Below, piece by piece: positions 20,556 through 30,832 of a DNA stretch of 64,000 nt. The notes under the pieces are model-generated. The model made no database searches and was not told the DNA's origin. It saw only the letters and a list, made by a program, of their open reading frames with translations. This stretch comes from Patescibacteria group bacterium UBA2196 (GTDB lineage: Bacteria; Patescibacteriota; Patescibacteriia; UBA2196). How positions within the stretch are numbered: the stretch's first letter is position 1; each line of letters opens with the position of its first letter. The position numbers and the translations under genes are program-made. The stretch covers positions 17,222-81,221 of the forward strand of contig DCVE01000003.1 in NCBI GenBank assembly GCA_002328025.1. Direction: 5' to 3'.

Positions 20556-20630
20556 GGCGCCATCGTCTAATGGTCAGGACACCAGGTTTTCATCCTGGTA
20601 ATCGGGGTTCGATTCCCCGTGGCGCTACCA
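20556..20630 (+). tRNA. tRNA-Glu (TTC)
   Basis: GGCGCCATCGTCTAATGGTCAGGACACCAGGTTTTCATCCTGGTAATCGGGGTTCGATTCCCCGTGGCGCTACCA; anticodon loop TTTTCAT; CCA encoded. Confidence 0.85.
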
Positions 20631-20655
20631 AAACAATAAGAATTATTATATTTAA

Positions 20656-20771
20656 TCTAACAGGTTTTTCCGCCTAAGGCGGACCCGCCTCTAGCGGGCA
20701 TCCTGGTAATCAGGGTTCTCCACCTAAGGTGGATCCGCCTCTAGCGGAAATTTCCACCCGTGGCGCTACCA
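20656..20771 (+). pseudogene. tRNA-Glu-derived pseudo-copy carrying two 30-nt GC-rich double-hairpin insertions
   Basis: 25 bp downstream of tRNA-Glu, the sequence TCTAA-CAGGTTTT[ins1]CATCCTGGTAATCAGGGTTC[ins2]AATTTCCACCCGTGGCGCTACCAAAAA reproduces the tRNA from the D-loop remnant to the CCA end. ins1 is TCCGCCTAAGGCGGACCCGCCTCTAGCGGG (20669-20698) and ins2 is TCCACCTAAGGTGGATCCGCCTCTAGCGGA (20719-20748). The acceptor 5' half and D-stem are missing. Confidence 0.5.
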
Positions 20772-20826
20772 AAAATATCCCTAACTAAATCAGGGGTATT
20801 TTTGTTTTATAAATATCTTTTATGTT

Positions 20827-21555
20827 TTATCCGCGCGCCAAAACCAAACCCCAGACTTCCTTTGTGCCAGCTGCTTTTAAGACTTTGGCCACCTCCAAAA
20901 TAGTCGCGCCGGTGGTGTATACATCATCAATTAATAAAATTTTTTTATTTTTTAATGAATCAATAAATTTCAAATCACACAAAAATGCTCCGCTAATATT
21001 TTTTTGACGTTGGTGTTGTTTTTGCCCCACTTGAGGCTTGGTATTTTTTATTCTCTTAACCGCCTCTGCCCAGACTGGAATTCTTAAATATTGCGTGGTT
21101 TGTTCAGCTAAAAGCTGGGCCTGGTTAAAACCACGCCACAACAGACGTTTTTGTGCCAATGGTATCGGAATTAATCCATCAAAAAATCCGCTATCCAAAG
21201 CTGGTGTAAAAAAATGATTTGCTTGCTGAATTTTTTTAATCAAAATTTTTCCCAAAGGAATTTTTAAATCTTGAACAAAATTATATTTTAATTTATGAAT
21301 TAATTGCCGTAAATTTTTATTTTTCCACTGACTTGCAATTAACAAACCATCTAGATAAAAATCACGTTGACAGTGAGCATGTGTCTCACCGCGCAAACTC
21401 TTTTGTTGACAAACCGCACAATAAAAAAATTCCTCCAGCGGAATTTTTTCCAAACATTCGTTGCACAACCACACATCTTCTTTGCCGCACCCCAAACAAG
21501 CCAGTGGAAATAAAATATCCAAAACTATTTTTTTTAATTTCAAAAAAAGTTTCAT
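20827..21555 (-). CDS. comFC: ComF-family protein (double zinc ribbon plus type-I phosphoribosyltransferase domain)
   Basis: N-terminal CLGCG...CNEC...CAVC zinc ribbons; C-terminal PRTase motif ILLIDDVYTTGATI. Confidence 0.8.
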   Translation of the reverse strand: MKLFLKLKKIVLDILFPLACLGCGKEDVWLCNECLEKIPLEEFFYCAVCQQKSLRGETHAHCQRDFYLDGLLIASQWKNKNLRQLIHKLKYNFVQDLKIPLGKILIKKIQQANHFFTPALDSGFFDGLIPIPLAQKRLLWRGFNQAQLLAEQTTQYLRIPVWAEAVKRIKNTKPQVGQKQHQRQKNISGAFLCDLKFIDSLKNKKILLIDDVYTTGATILEVAKVLKAAGTKEVWGLVLARG

Positions 21556-24123
21556 CTAATCACTAATTTTAAACACGAGGCTATTTTTATATAAATCAAT
21601 TTTTACACCCATGCCGCTTTTAATTTCACCCAATAAAATTTTATCAGTCAATGGATTTTCAACTTCTTTTTCCACCACGCGCCGCACTTCCCTGGCTCCA
21701 CCTTCTTCAACCAAACTTTGTTTAGCCAGCCAAGAAATTATTTTTGGGCTGCTGGAAAAATTAATTTTTTTGGATTTCAAACGCTCAGCTAATTGTTCTA
21801 AATAACTCTTAGTAATAGTTTCTAAAACTTCCAACCCCAATGGTTGGAAAAAAACCACTTTATCCACCCGACTCAAAAGCTCTGGTCTAAATTCACGCTT
21901 TAAAGCTTCGGTGGCCCTGTCTTTAAAAGTGACAAAATTTTTATTTGTTTCATCTTGGTTTGAAAAATTTGAATCAAAACCAAAATTTTTTGCACCCAAA
22001 TTCTGCAGACCTAAATTGGCCGTCATAACAATTAAAGCATTTTTAAAACTAACCTTCTTACCAGCCGCGTCAGTTAAAACACCGTCTTCCAAAATCTGTA
22101 ATAATATATTAAACACCTGCGGATGTGCTTTTTCCATCTCATCAAATAAAACTACTGAGTAAGGCTGGCGTCTAATGCTTTCTGTTAATTTGCCTCCTTC
22201 TTTAAAACCAATATAGCCGGGCGGTGAACCAATTAGACGCGAAACATTAAAACTTTCAGCAAATTCTGACATATCAATACGTATCAATTTATCAGTCGCA
22301 CCAAAAACCTCGCGCGCTAAAACTTTGGCAGTTTCTGTCTTCCCCACACCCGACGGACCTAAAAAAACAAATGAACCCAATGGTCTAAAACTAGAATTAA
22401 GCCCGGCTCTGGCGCGTTTGACAAAAAAAGCAATCTCAGACATGGCTACATTTTGACCAAAAATAAAATTATTTAATTTTTTCTCCAAATCTACTAAATT
22501 TTTTCCCTCAGCTAAAGACAGTTCTTCTAGTGGAATTTTTTTGATTTCACTTATTACCTGTACAATATCTTTTTCTGTAATCTCACCCAACCATTTTTCT
22601 TGTCTGTTTTCAACCAAATTTTTAGCAACAGCGATTTTATTTAATAATTTTTCTTCCTCTTTTTTAAAATCTAAAGCCAAAGGATAATTTTCATCTGTAA
22701 TGGCCTGTAATTTTTTTTCTTCTAAACTTGCCATTTTTTCTTCCAAAAATATAACTTCATTTAAAAATGGCGAACTGGGCTGGCGCACTTTAACCCGCGC
22801 CGCCGCCTCATCAATTAAATCAATGGCTTTATCTGGCAAAAACCGTTCGGTAACATGACGCGCTGATAAACGCGCAGCAGCTTCAATGGCTGAGAGAGAA
22901 ATTTTTACTAAATGATGTTGCTCATAATTTTTTTTAACACCTTTTAGAATTTCAATCGTTTCTTCCACACTGGGTTCATCAACCGACACGGGTTGAAAAC
23001 GTCGTTCTAAAGCTGGGTCTTCTTCAATGTATTTTTTGTAGTCTTCGTATGTTGTGGCGCCAATGCAACGAATTTCGCCACGCGCCAAAGCTGGTTTTAA
23101 AACATTTGCGGCATCCATAGCCCCGGTCACCGCTCCCGCACCCACAATGGTGTGAATTTCATCAATAAATAAAATTATATTTGGATCCTGACGCACCTCA
23201 TCCAAAACTTGTTTTAAACGACCTTCAAATTCACCACGCATCATGGCGCCAGCTAACAACATGTTCATATCCAAAGCATAAATTTTTTTATTTAATAAAA
23301 TATCCGGCACATCACTTTCGGTTATTTTTTTAGCCAATCCATCCACAATTGCTGTTTTACCAACTCCCGCATCACCCAAAAGCACTGGGTTATTTTTAGT
23401 TCGTCGCGCCAAAATTTGAATAATACGATTAATCTCATTTTCGCGACCAATAACCGGGTCAATGTTTTGCTGCACTTTTTTATCAGTCAAGTTGCGCGCA
23501 AAAAAATCCAAAAAACTGCGTTGATTCTTTTTATTTTCAACTATTCGCGCATCCAAACGACCGATTGGTTGTTTTTTTATCAACGTTTCATTATCAAAAA
23601 AATTATCGTCCGTGTTGTTTTCCATTTTATTCATTGCTCCCAAAAGCATCTTTTCCCAATCAAATTGATTGTTCTCCAAAAAAACAGTAATATCTGAAAA
23701 GGTTTTTCCAGTTCTTAACACAACTTCCAAATGTTCAATTAATTTGGTGGTTTTAATTTTATTATTAACTAAAAAATCCTGCACCTTTTTACTGGGGTTA
23801 GAAATTAAAGCGTATAAAACATGTTCTGTTCCTACATATTTACTTTGGCTGGCCATAGCATAGACAACACTTTTTTCTAAAATTTTTTTAGTTTCCAAAT
23901 CCCAAACCAAATTTTTATTATTTTTTTTGGTTTCCTTCTTAACTTCCAATTTCTCAAATTTTAAACCAGCTTTTATAAGCACTTCGCGCGCCAAAGCGCC
24001 TTTTTCCTGCAATAGCGAAAAAAGCACATCTTCTGGTTCGATGTGTTTTTTAAATTTAAGCCCAGCTAATTGTTCAGCGCGTTCCAAAACATTTTGTAAA
24101 TGCGCGGTAAACTTTGTGTACAT
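21556..24123 (-). CDS. clpC: ATP-dependent Clp protease ATP-binding subunit (ClpC-like class I AAA+)
   Basis: Clp_N repeats; NBD1 Walker [14 protein letters not shown]; short UVR-like middle region; NBD2 Walker [18 protein letters not shown] with sensor RIDMSEF. Confidence 0.85.
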   Translation of the reverse strand: MYTKFTAHLQNVLERAEQLAGLKFKKHIEPEDVLFSLLQEKGALAREVLIKAGLKFEKLEVKKETKKNNKNLVWDLETKKILEKSVVYAMASQSKYVGTEHVLYALISNPSKKVQDFLVNNKIKTTKLIEHLEVVLRTGKTFSDITVFLENNQFDWEKMLLGAMNKMENNTDDNFFDNETLIKKQPIGRLDARIVENKKNQRSFLDFFARNLTDKKVQQNIDPVIGRENEINRIIQILARRTKNNPVLLGDAGVGKTAIVDGLAKKITESDVPDILLNKKIYALDMNMLLAGAMMRGEFEGRLKQVLDEVRQDPNIILFIDEIHTIVGAGAVTGAMDAANVLKPALARGEIRCIGATTYEDYKKYIEEDPALERRFQPVSVDEPSVEETIEILKGVKKNYEQHHLVKISLSAIEAAARLSARHVTERFLPDKAIDLIDEAAARVKVRQPSSPFLNEVIFLEEKMASLEEKKLQAITDENYPLALDFKKEEEKLLNKIAVAKNLVENRQEKWLGEITEKDIVQVISEIKKIPLEELSLAEGKNLVDLEKKLNNFIFGQNVAMSEIAFFVKRARAGLNSSFRPLGSFVFLGPSGVGKTETAKVLAREVFGATDKLIRIDMSEFAESFNVSRLIGSPPGYIGFKEGGKLTESIRRQPYSVVLFDEMEKAHPQVFNILLQILEDGVLTDAAGKKVSFKNALIVMTANLGLQNLGAKNFGFDSNFSNQDETNKNFVTFKDRATEALKREFRPELLSRVDKVVFFQPLGLEVLETITKSYLEQLAERLKSKKINFSSSPKIISWLAKQSLVEEGGAREVRRVVEKEVENPLTDKILLGEIKSGMGVKIDLYKNSLVFKISD

Positions 24124-24127
24124 AAAA

Positions 24128-24856
24128 TTATCTTATTTCACTCACCGCTTGTTCTAATTCAGTAAAACTATCCTTTTCCAGCCTTTTAGAACCGACAAAA
24201 ACATATGGCAAGCCGTCAATATATAGCTTTTGAGCGTCTTCCATGTCATAGCCGATTGATTCTAACATTTTACCAGAACTTAGACAAGTTTCGAAATTTT
24301 CTTTATTTAAACCCAATTCAGATGCCCATTGAAATATATTTTTTTCATTAATTTTTTCTTGATTATTAAACAACAAGTCACCATATTGCCAAAACTTACC
24401 CTGCTCTTTGGCACACAGCACCGCCTCGGCCGCCAATCTTGAATTAATGTTAGTTGACACTAAAAAATTCTTCCAAGCTAAAACCAACTTATCGTTCAAC
24501 AATTCTGGCTGATCAGATCGTATTTTGGCCAGAACCGACCACACCTGTTGGCAAGCTGGCAATGTAAAATCACAAAAAACTATCACCGGTGTTTCGCCTT
24601 GACCTAAATAGGCGTTATGCTGACGAATATATCTTTTATAAAAATCACTTGCCTTTTCTATTAAAGGATCACCCGCTGTGCTGGTTAAAGCCGAACTATT
24701 GTTTATAGTTGAATTATTATTGTTATTTTTATTAACTAAAAAATTTAACAAACTATATTTAAAATTTAAAAAAATAACCGCAAACAAAATCAACGCCATT
24801 AATGAAATGGCAATAAAAAAATAACGACCAACTTTTTTTTGCTTTTTATCTAACAT
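24128..24856 (-). CDS. membrane-anchored thioredoxin-fold/DsbA-like protein (putative)
   Basis: N-terminal TM; Cys pair VFCDFTLPACQQVW in a DsbA-like context; last gene of the T4SS-like operon, which fits disulfide formation in Cys-rich secreted partners. Confidence 0.4.
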   Translation of the reverse strand: MLDKKQKKVGRYFFIAISLMALILFAVIFLNFKYSLLNFLVNKNNNNNSTINNSSALTSTAGDPLIEKASDFYKRYIRQHNAYLGQGETPVIVFCDFTLPACQQVWSVLAKIRSDQPELLNDKLVLAWKNFLVSTNINSRLAAEAVLCAKEQGKFWQYGDLLFNNQEKINEKNIFQWASELGLNKENFETCLSSGKMLESIGYDMEDAQKLYIDGLPYVFVGSKRLEKDSFTELEQAVSEIR

Positions 24857-24859
24857 AAT

Positions 24860-26143
24860 TTATTTTAATTTTAAACTATAAATCTGTTCATTGTTTTCAT
24901 TCCAGAAAAAAAGACTTCGTCCATCACCCGCCAAAGATAAGTGGCTAATTTTAAAATTGTCATTACCATTTTGTTCCACGGGTAAAGCCAATAAGCGAGT
25001 TTGCCCCGTGCCCAAATCCACACGATAAATATCATCACCACCCTCATATGAAAGCTCTGGATATAACCCACTGCCTTGCGGTAAATTTTTTGGTACTGCA
25101 CAATAAATTTCATTAGTGCTGGCAAAAACGCATTTATCCACCCAAGTGTTTAGTTTTAAAGCTATATTATTATTGCCAATATTATCGCCACGCGCATCAG
25201 TTAGCCATAAAGCGGGGTTATAATTGGTGTCTTGCGAAACAATTTGATAAATTATTTTTTCACCACTTGGCGCCCACAAAGCTTTAAAACGCGTGCCTTG
25301 AATTTTTAATGATTTATAATTTTCACTCTCTTGGCCAATAAAAAAAACTTCTGACGAATTTAAACCTGAGGGTTTGGCATAAAACGCCACCACTTCTTCT
25401 TTGGGTGAAAAAACTGTTTGCACCTTATTTCCCTCTTCACCCAAATCCTCAATGTATTTGACTTTATTACCATCCGGATTGGCAATGGCCACAAAATTAT
25501 TTTCTGCATTAGCGCCTTCGTATTTAAAAGCAATTTCCGAACCAGACAAATTAAAAACTGGTTCTTTTACTTCTTTGGGTAAGGTGGTCTTTTTCTTGGT
25601 GGCAAAATTATAATAAACTTTTATACCATCTGGAAAAGTCATAATGGCCTGAGTGGAATCCGCTGACCAAACCACGTTTTCAACTGCAAAAAATTTTTCA
25701 TCCGACAATAATAATTTTTCCTTACCATCAGCCGAAAGCCGATAAAATTGACTGGAATTTTTATCATAATAAACCACACCCTGTTTATTGGGGCTCAAAG
25801 CCACGCCAACTGTCTTGTCGGCCGATAGTGGTAAAACATAAGTCGTGTTTCCTCTGGCAAAACTATCAGGTTGTTGAGCAACCGCCTGTCCACCAGTATT
25901 TGTTGCTGGCAAATTACCCGTTTGTGGTAGTTGTCCACCAGTCCCCAGCTGACCAGCGTTAAATCCACTTCCTGCTTCTGGTAACTGACCGGTAATTCCA
26001 GGTGGTAAATATCCCGGCTCTCCCGGCTGTGGTGCTGCGGTTCTAAAAAACATCCAGTAGATTAAAAATAGCAAAGCCAAACACACCACCACAAAACCCA
26101 TGACTAAAAATATTTTTTTATAATTAAATTTTTCTAAATACAT
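24860..26143 (-). CDS. secreted beta-propeller protein (TolB/PD40-like repeats)
   Basis: TM anchor, Gly/Pro/Gln-rich linker, then repeated WSADS.., SPKEEVVAF, WAPSGEKIIY, LSLAGDGRSLFF blades. Confidence 0.5.
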   Translation of the reverse strand: MYLEKFNYKKIFLVMGFVVVCLALLFLIYWMFFRTAAPQPGEPGYLPPGITGQLPEAGSGFNAGQLGTGGQLPQTGNLPATNTGGQAVAQQPDSFARGNTTYVLPLSADKTVGVALSPNKQGVVYYDKNSSQFYRLSADGKEKLLLSDEKFFAVENVVWSADSTQAIMTFPDGIKVYYNFATKKKTTLPKEVKEPVFNLSGSEIAFKYEGANAENNFVAIANPDGNKVKYIEDLGEEGNKVQTVFSPKEEVVAFYAKPSGLNSSEVFFIGQESENYKSLKIQGTRFKALWAPSGEKIIYQIVSQDTNYNPALWLTDARGDNIGNNNIALKLNTWVDKCVFASTNEIYCAVPKNLPQGSGLYPELSYEGGDDIYRVDLGTGQTRLLALPVEQNGNDNFKISHLSLAGDGRSLFFWNENNEQIYSLKLK

Positions 26144-26159
26144 ATTCTCATTTTTTTAA

Positions 26160-27533
26160 TTATGGACACACATGACATGGATCGTTTTGATAGGCGTCTT
26201 GTGAATTATACTGATCAGTTCCCGCACCCACTTCACATTTAGTTATGTTTTCACAATTTGGTTTATAAGCATTATTACCATCATATACACGATAGGTGTC
26301 ATCCGTACTAACACAACATATCAAGTTAGCCTCTTCATTGGCATAATTATCATCTATACAATATGTTAACTGATCTCCTGTTTCTCTGTGTTCGAAAGCT
26401 TTTCTTTTTCCACCGTCATCTGTCCAACAACCAACCGTACCATTTCCATCATTTTTAGGACCAGTCAGACAAGAAACCCTAGTCGTCGCAGCTGGACAGA
26501 ATATTCTTTTGGCCCACGCACATTCATCTGGATTTAAAAAACTATAGTCATTTCTAAACATACAAGAATATCCTAAAATTTTTTCGTCTTTATTATTATT
26601 TAAAGTTAAAGTTTGATCCATCATTTCATTAGCTTGGGTGCATCTCGTTTTATAACTATCCTTACACATTTTTGCCGGATCAGAACAATAAGAATAACCA
26701 CCATCAGTAAAACACGCTTCTTCGTGGGATTGGCAATAATTGCCCAAACAATAACTACCCATACTTAATTCTTTCTTGTTTGCGATATTTAATTCGTCTT
26801 CATAACCATATGAATATTTTTTACCACAAAGAAAAGCAATATTTGTACCACTAATTCCCTGTCCAACGGTTCCAAAAGGAATCTCAGCTGGATAATAAAC
26901 ATATCTTAATGTATGGCCAGTCGCCGGATCTGTACCATATGTACGAGGAAAATCATTGCACCAAATACTTGTTGGTTGTTCAATCTTTTCAATTCTAGTT
27001 ACGCCCGGCAAACTCAAATTCACTAAACGCGGGTTGATATTATATAAAATTACATACGAAGTTAAAGCTAAAACCAGTCCGGTAATCGCTGCATAGATTG
27101 TGGATTTGGCTTCACTCACACTACCCATATTACCAGCTGCAAAAATCCAACGCAGTCCGCCAATCATAATCATGAGCACGGCAATAATAGCAATAATACC
27201 AATTGAAAAATTATAAAATTTTTGCACATAAAACGGCAACGAATCAACCCAATAACATGTTTTTTCCACAACTTTAGTTGTGCCATTGACTATTACCACG
27301 TCATTACTATCAGTATATTTACACGCATCACTAATTCCCGGAATCGGGACTTGCACTCTAATTTTACCCACTGGCGGACAAATTGGATTTTTAGTAGCTG
27401 TGTCTATGTCGCACGCCTTGACACCACTTTGTGCCTTAACCACATTAGTCAACACAAAAAGCGCCACAATTAAATTCAATACAAATAACACCATTACAAC
27501 CATTAAAAATATTCTATTAATTTTTTTAATCAT
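26160..27533 (-). CDS. Cys-rich membrane/surface protein (T4SS-operon member)
   Basis: signal/TM, a central pair of hydrophobic helices (GIIAIIAVLMIMIGG...ITGLVLALTSYVILY), and a long C-terminal region with more than 30 Cys. Confidence 0.45.
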   Translation of the reverse strand: MIKKINRIFLMVVMVLFVLNLIVALFVLTNVVKAQSGVKACDIDTATKNPICPPVGKIRVQVPIPGISDACKYTDSNDVVIVNGTTKVVEKTCYWVDSLPFYVQKFYNFSIGIIAIIAVLMIMIGGLRWIFAAGNMGSVSEAKSTIYAAITGLVLALTSYVILYNINPRLVNLSLPGVTRIEKIEQPTSIWCNDFPRTYGTDPATGHTLRYVYYPAEIPFGTVGQGISGTNIAFLCGKKYSYGYEDELNIANKKELSMGSYCLGNYCQSHEEACFTDGGYSYCSDPAKMCKDSYKTRCTQANEMMDQTLTLNNNKDEKILGYSCMFRNDYSFLNPDECAWAKRIFCPAATTRVSCLTGPKNDGNGTVGCWTDDGGKRKAFEHRETGDQLTYCIDDNYANEEANLICCVSTDDTYRVYDGNNAYKPNCENITKCEVGAGTDQYNSQDAYQNDPCHVCP

Positions 27534-27541
27534 AAATTATA

Positions 27542-28072
27542 TTATGTTGAACATTCAAAACCAAAATATTGTGCCAAAGGGTTTAAAGCGGCCGGCGCCA
27601 AACTAACAATATCACAACTATAAGCATAAATTGCCGCAACTATAAAAATCATAATTAATAAAATCAGCCAAAACCACCAAGTCGCCACAAAAAAAGTACC
27701 CACGGCTTCCAAAACTGGCAAAATAACACTTTTGAAAAACATTTTTTTTGCCTTTTTTTCAACTGTTTTTTCTATTTCTGTCTTTGCTTGTTGTCTAGCC
27801 AGCTCTTGTATCTGCTGAAATTGACTGCGCGCAGTTTGCTCTTCCTCTTCACCGGCCAAGATATCGTTTTCCTCTTCTAATTGCTCTTGTTGGTCATCAT
27901 ATTCTTCCTCTTCGTCTTCATCATCATCATTTTGCACACCATCTCCCTGTTCTTCTTTAAAACGCGTGGCAACTAATTCTTGTTGTCTTTCGCGTTCCAA
28001 CTTAGCTCTTTCATAAGACGAAAGTGTATTGGTTTCATTTTTTTCATTTGGATTTTGAGTTTGATTTGTCAT
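27542..28072 (-). CDS. hypothetical membrane protein with highly acidic N-terminus
   Basis: DDDEDEEEEYDDQQEQLEEEND followed by C-terminal TM helices. Confidence 0.4.
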   Translation of the reverse strand: MTNQTQNPNEKNETNTLSSYERAKLERERQQELVATRFKEEQGDGVQNDDDEDEEEEYDDQQEQLEEENDILAGEEEEQTARSQFQQIQELARQQAKTEIEKTVEKKAKKMFFKSVILPVLEAVGTFFVATWWFWLILLIMIFIVAAIYAYSCDIVSLAPAALNPLAQYFGFECST

Positions 28073-28101
28073 TTAAAATTTGAATTTTGATATTTACGCT
28101 T

Positions 28102-28707
28102 CTACTGCCAACGTGCTTCGTCAATCTGCCACACTCCGCTGTCTTTAAGAAATACAATCTGTAAATCTTGATAATAAACACGCGAATTAGCTTCCGCACC
28201 AACCGATTCCTGTCGCTGCGTTGAAACAATTACTTGCGCATTTTTACTTTCTAAAATTTTTAGATTGGTGTTCAATGCGCGCGTGGTAATCCCATAATAG
28301 ACTGTTGGTAAAGGCCCCTGTTTTTTACTGACAACCAAAGAATCAATCCAGGTCTGCATCTTTAGGGTCATTAAAATCTTAACATCCAAAAGATTTTCAT
28401 AATTTGACTGATTTGAATAAGAGCCAAATCTTTCCGCAAAAGCCGCCGCTGTTTTGATTAAAAAACTTCTTTCTTTTTCTTCTGCCGTCAACTCTTTAAC
28501 CACTGGCGCGACTACCTTTACATTATTAATATCCGGCTGAGTGGTAGGTAACTTTTGTGTCACCTGGTTTTCATCAACTGGTGGTAAAACAATTGGTTCG
28601 GTTGATTCATTTTTACGTGCGCCAAAAATTGAAATTAATGCTAAAACAAGCACGGCAATCAACAGTATAATAACCACTATGGTAATAACAAGTCTGGTAC
28701 GGGACAT
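28102..28707 (-). CDS. bitopic membrane protein with NTF2-like C-terminal domain (VirB8/TcpC-like candidate)
   Basis: single N-terminal TM; C-terminus QDLQIVFLKDSGVWQIDEARW resembles NTF2-like folds; sits immediately downstream of VirB4. Confidence 0.35.
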   Translation of the reverse strand: MSRTRLVITIVVIILLIAVLVLALISIFGARKNESTEPIVLPPVDENQVTQKLPTTQPDINNVKVVAPVVKELTAEEKERSFLIKTAAAFAERFGSYSNQSNYENLLDVKILMTLKMQTWIDSLVVSKKQGPLPTVYYGITTRALNTNLKILESKNAQVIVSTQRQESVGAEANSRVYYQDLQIVFLKDSGVWQIDEARWQ

Positions 28708-28716
28708 AGAATAATA

Positions 28717-28839
28717 AATTTCTAATTTTCAATTTCTAATTTTCAAACAATTTTCAATAACTTAATTTCTAATGATTGAAACATTGAAAATTATAACATT
28801 AGAAATTGTCTAGAAATTGAAAACTAGAAATTAGAAATT
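28717..28839. repeat. large imperfect palindrome built from the AATTTCT/GAAATT motif
   Basis: left arm AATTTCTAATTTTCAATTTCTAATTTTCAA (28717-28746) and right arm TAGAAATTGAAAACTAGAAATTAGAAATT (28811-28839) are reverse complements; lies between the VirB4 stop and the next gene start. Confidence 0.5.
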
Positions 28840-28859
28840 AAATTAATATCTGTCACTTC

Positions 28860-30746
28860 TCACTTCTGCTCTTCTCCCAGCGAAGCATCAAATTCTTTTT
28901 TGGCTTCTTCAATTTCCAAAATCTGTCGCGGATCAGAGGTTATAATTTGGTCTTCAGTATAAGAAGCCACAATTTTTATGGCCGCATGTTTGGCACCGGC
29001 AAAAAATATACCTTCACCCACGCCCGATTCCAATAATAAATATTTTTCCCCTTGTGTCAAACGAAAAGTATTAGACACCACATCAATGGCCGAAGCGGTT
29101 TGTTTCAACAGAAACTGCAAAGCTGAATTATTTAAAATTGCCTGTCCATACGGTGAAGCCAAAAAATCATTTACATCCTGTGTGATGGTAGTGACACCCA
29201 AATAATACTTGCGACATCTTTTGACTAAAGCAAAAATAAATTTAGCCGAATCTTCGTGTTGCATCAACCACCACGCCTCATCAATAACCAAAATTCTTTT
29301 CTTTAAAACCGACCGTACTTTATTCCAAATATAATTTACAATGGTATAAATGGCCATTGGCCTAAGTTCGTCTTCCAAATCCCGCACACTATAAACCACC
29401 AACTGATTATTCACATCCACGTTGGTCGGATAATTTAATAAACCAGCAAAGGTGCCATTGGTATATTTGTCCAATTTTTGCGCTAATAAATCACCGCCTT
29501 CCATGTTGGCCAACACTTCCTGCAAATCCGACATAATAGGAAATTGAACACCTTCAACCAAAAGATTAGTATCGGGCGTAATATCTTTTTTGGCGTAAGT
29601 TTCAAGCAAAGCTCGGTCTAAAACCGAATCTTCAACATGCGACACCTCACCAATCATAATTCGTAATAAACCCTTTAGGGTAATAACGGCCGAACGAATG
29701 ATATCACCTGTACTGGTTTCTTCATCCATTGGTTTGGGTAGGTCAAAAGGATTAATTTTGGAATCAGAATTTAAAGAAATATTAACATATGTACCCCCGA
29801 CCGCCTCGGCCAAATATTGATATTCCCGTTCTGGGTCAATTACAATTACATCCGTACCCAACATTAAACTGCGCAAAACTTCCAATTTTATGGCATAACT
29901 TTTACCCGCTCCCGAAGTGGCAAAAACCACGGAATTGGCATTTTGCAAACTAAAACGATCAAACAAAATTAAAGAATTATTATGCCGGTTTATACCATAT
30001 AAAACTCCCGAATCAGAAGACAATTCGGCTGAGACAAAAGGAAAAGAAGAGGCGCACGGCGAAGACTGCATGTTAAACCCCACACTTAACTGATCTAAAG
30101 CCATGGGCAAAGTAGAATTGAAACCCTGTTCGGCTTGCCAATAAGCACGGCGCGAATACACCATCTTGGAACCAATTAAACTTTCAATTCTTTCCGTTAG
30201 CAAATTTAAATCTTTTTGATTATCAGCATACATGGTAATATACAGACCAAAATGGAAAAAATGTTCCACGCCCTGAGTCAGATCATCGCGCAATTGTTCG
30301 ATATCTCTAAGCGCCGTCTCGGTGTGCGGATCTCGCGGAGCGCCTTTTTCTGCATCGCCAGAAAGTTGCGCTTCTAAAACACCCACCTTGTCACGCAACT
30401 GTTTTAAAATTATTTTTGATTCCATGGGATAAAAATACATGGCAATGTCCAGAGTGGCTGAAAAATCAATAATTGGTTCAAACCAACCTACGTCAATATA
30501 ACGCGGGTAAGTGGTCACAAAAACAGTCCGCGTCCATTTGCCGCCCAGTTGTAAATAATTAGGCGCGACTTTAAATGAGGTTGGTGAAATTAAATCCAAA
30601 ATAGAAGCCGCCCCTTGACGATAGGCTTGTTCTGCCATCAAAAGTTCTTTTTCTGAAACCACCTTTTCAGTTTCGCTAGCCAGCTTCTTTTCCTCAGAAA
30701 CCTGTGGTGTTAAAGTTTGAATTTTGGGTAATTCTTTACCAAACAT
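28860..30746 (-). CDS. type IV secretion ATPase, VirB4/TrbE/PrgJ-like
   Basis: Walker A SGAGKSY, Walker B ILVIDEAWW; N-terminal membrane-proximal VirB4 region (FKVAPNYLQLGGKWTRTVFVTTYP). Confidence 0.85.
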   Translation of the reverse strand: MFGKELPKIQTLTPQVSEEKKLASETEKVVSEKELLMAEQAYRQGAASILDLISPTSFKVAPNYLQLGGKWTRTVFVTTYPRYIDVGWFEPIIDFSATLDIAMYFYPMESKIILKQLRDKVGVLEAQLSGDAEKGAPRDPHTETALRDIEQLRDDLTQGVEHFFHFGLYITMYADNQKDLNLLTERIESLIGSKMVYSRRAYWQAEQGFNSTLPMALDQLSVGFNMQSSPCASSFPFVSAELSSDSGVLYGINRHNNSLILFDRFSLQNANSVVFATSGAGKSYAIKLEVLRSLMLGTDVIVIDPEREYQYLAEAVGGTYVNISLNSDSKINPFDLPKPMDEETSTGDIIRSAVITLKGLLRIMIGEVSHVEDSVLDRALLETYAKKDITPDTNLLVEGVQFPIMSDLQEVLANMEGGDLLAQKLDKYTNGTFAGLLNYPTNVDVNNQLVVYSVRDLEDELRPMAIYTIVNYIWNKVRSVLKKRILVIDEAWWLMQHEDSAKFIFALVKRCRKYYLGVTTITQDVNDFLASPYGQAILNNSALQFLLKQTASAIDVVSNTFRLTQGEKYLLLESGVGEGIFFAGAKHAAIKIVASYTEDQIITSDPRQILEIEEAKKEFDASLGEEQK

Positions 30747-30800
30747 ACAAGATAATTTATAGTGTCTTAATTTTAAAAATTAATTCATTGGAAATTGTTT

Positions 30801-30829
30801 AAAAATTAGAAATTAGAAATTGAAAATTT
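30801..30829 (-). promoter_or_regulatory. AATTTCT direct-repeat motif upstream of the VirB4 gene
   Basis: on the coding strand TTTTCAATTTCTAATTTCTAATTTTT lies ~55-80 nt upstream of the ATG, followed by TATAAAT. Confidence 0.4.
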
Positions 30830-30832
30830 ACT

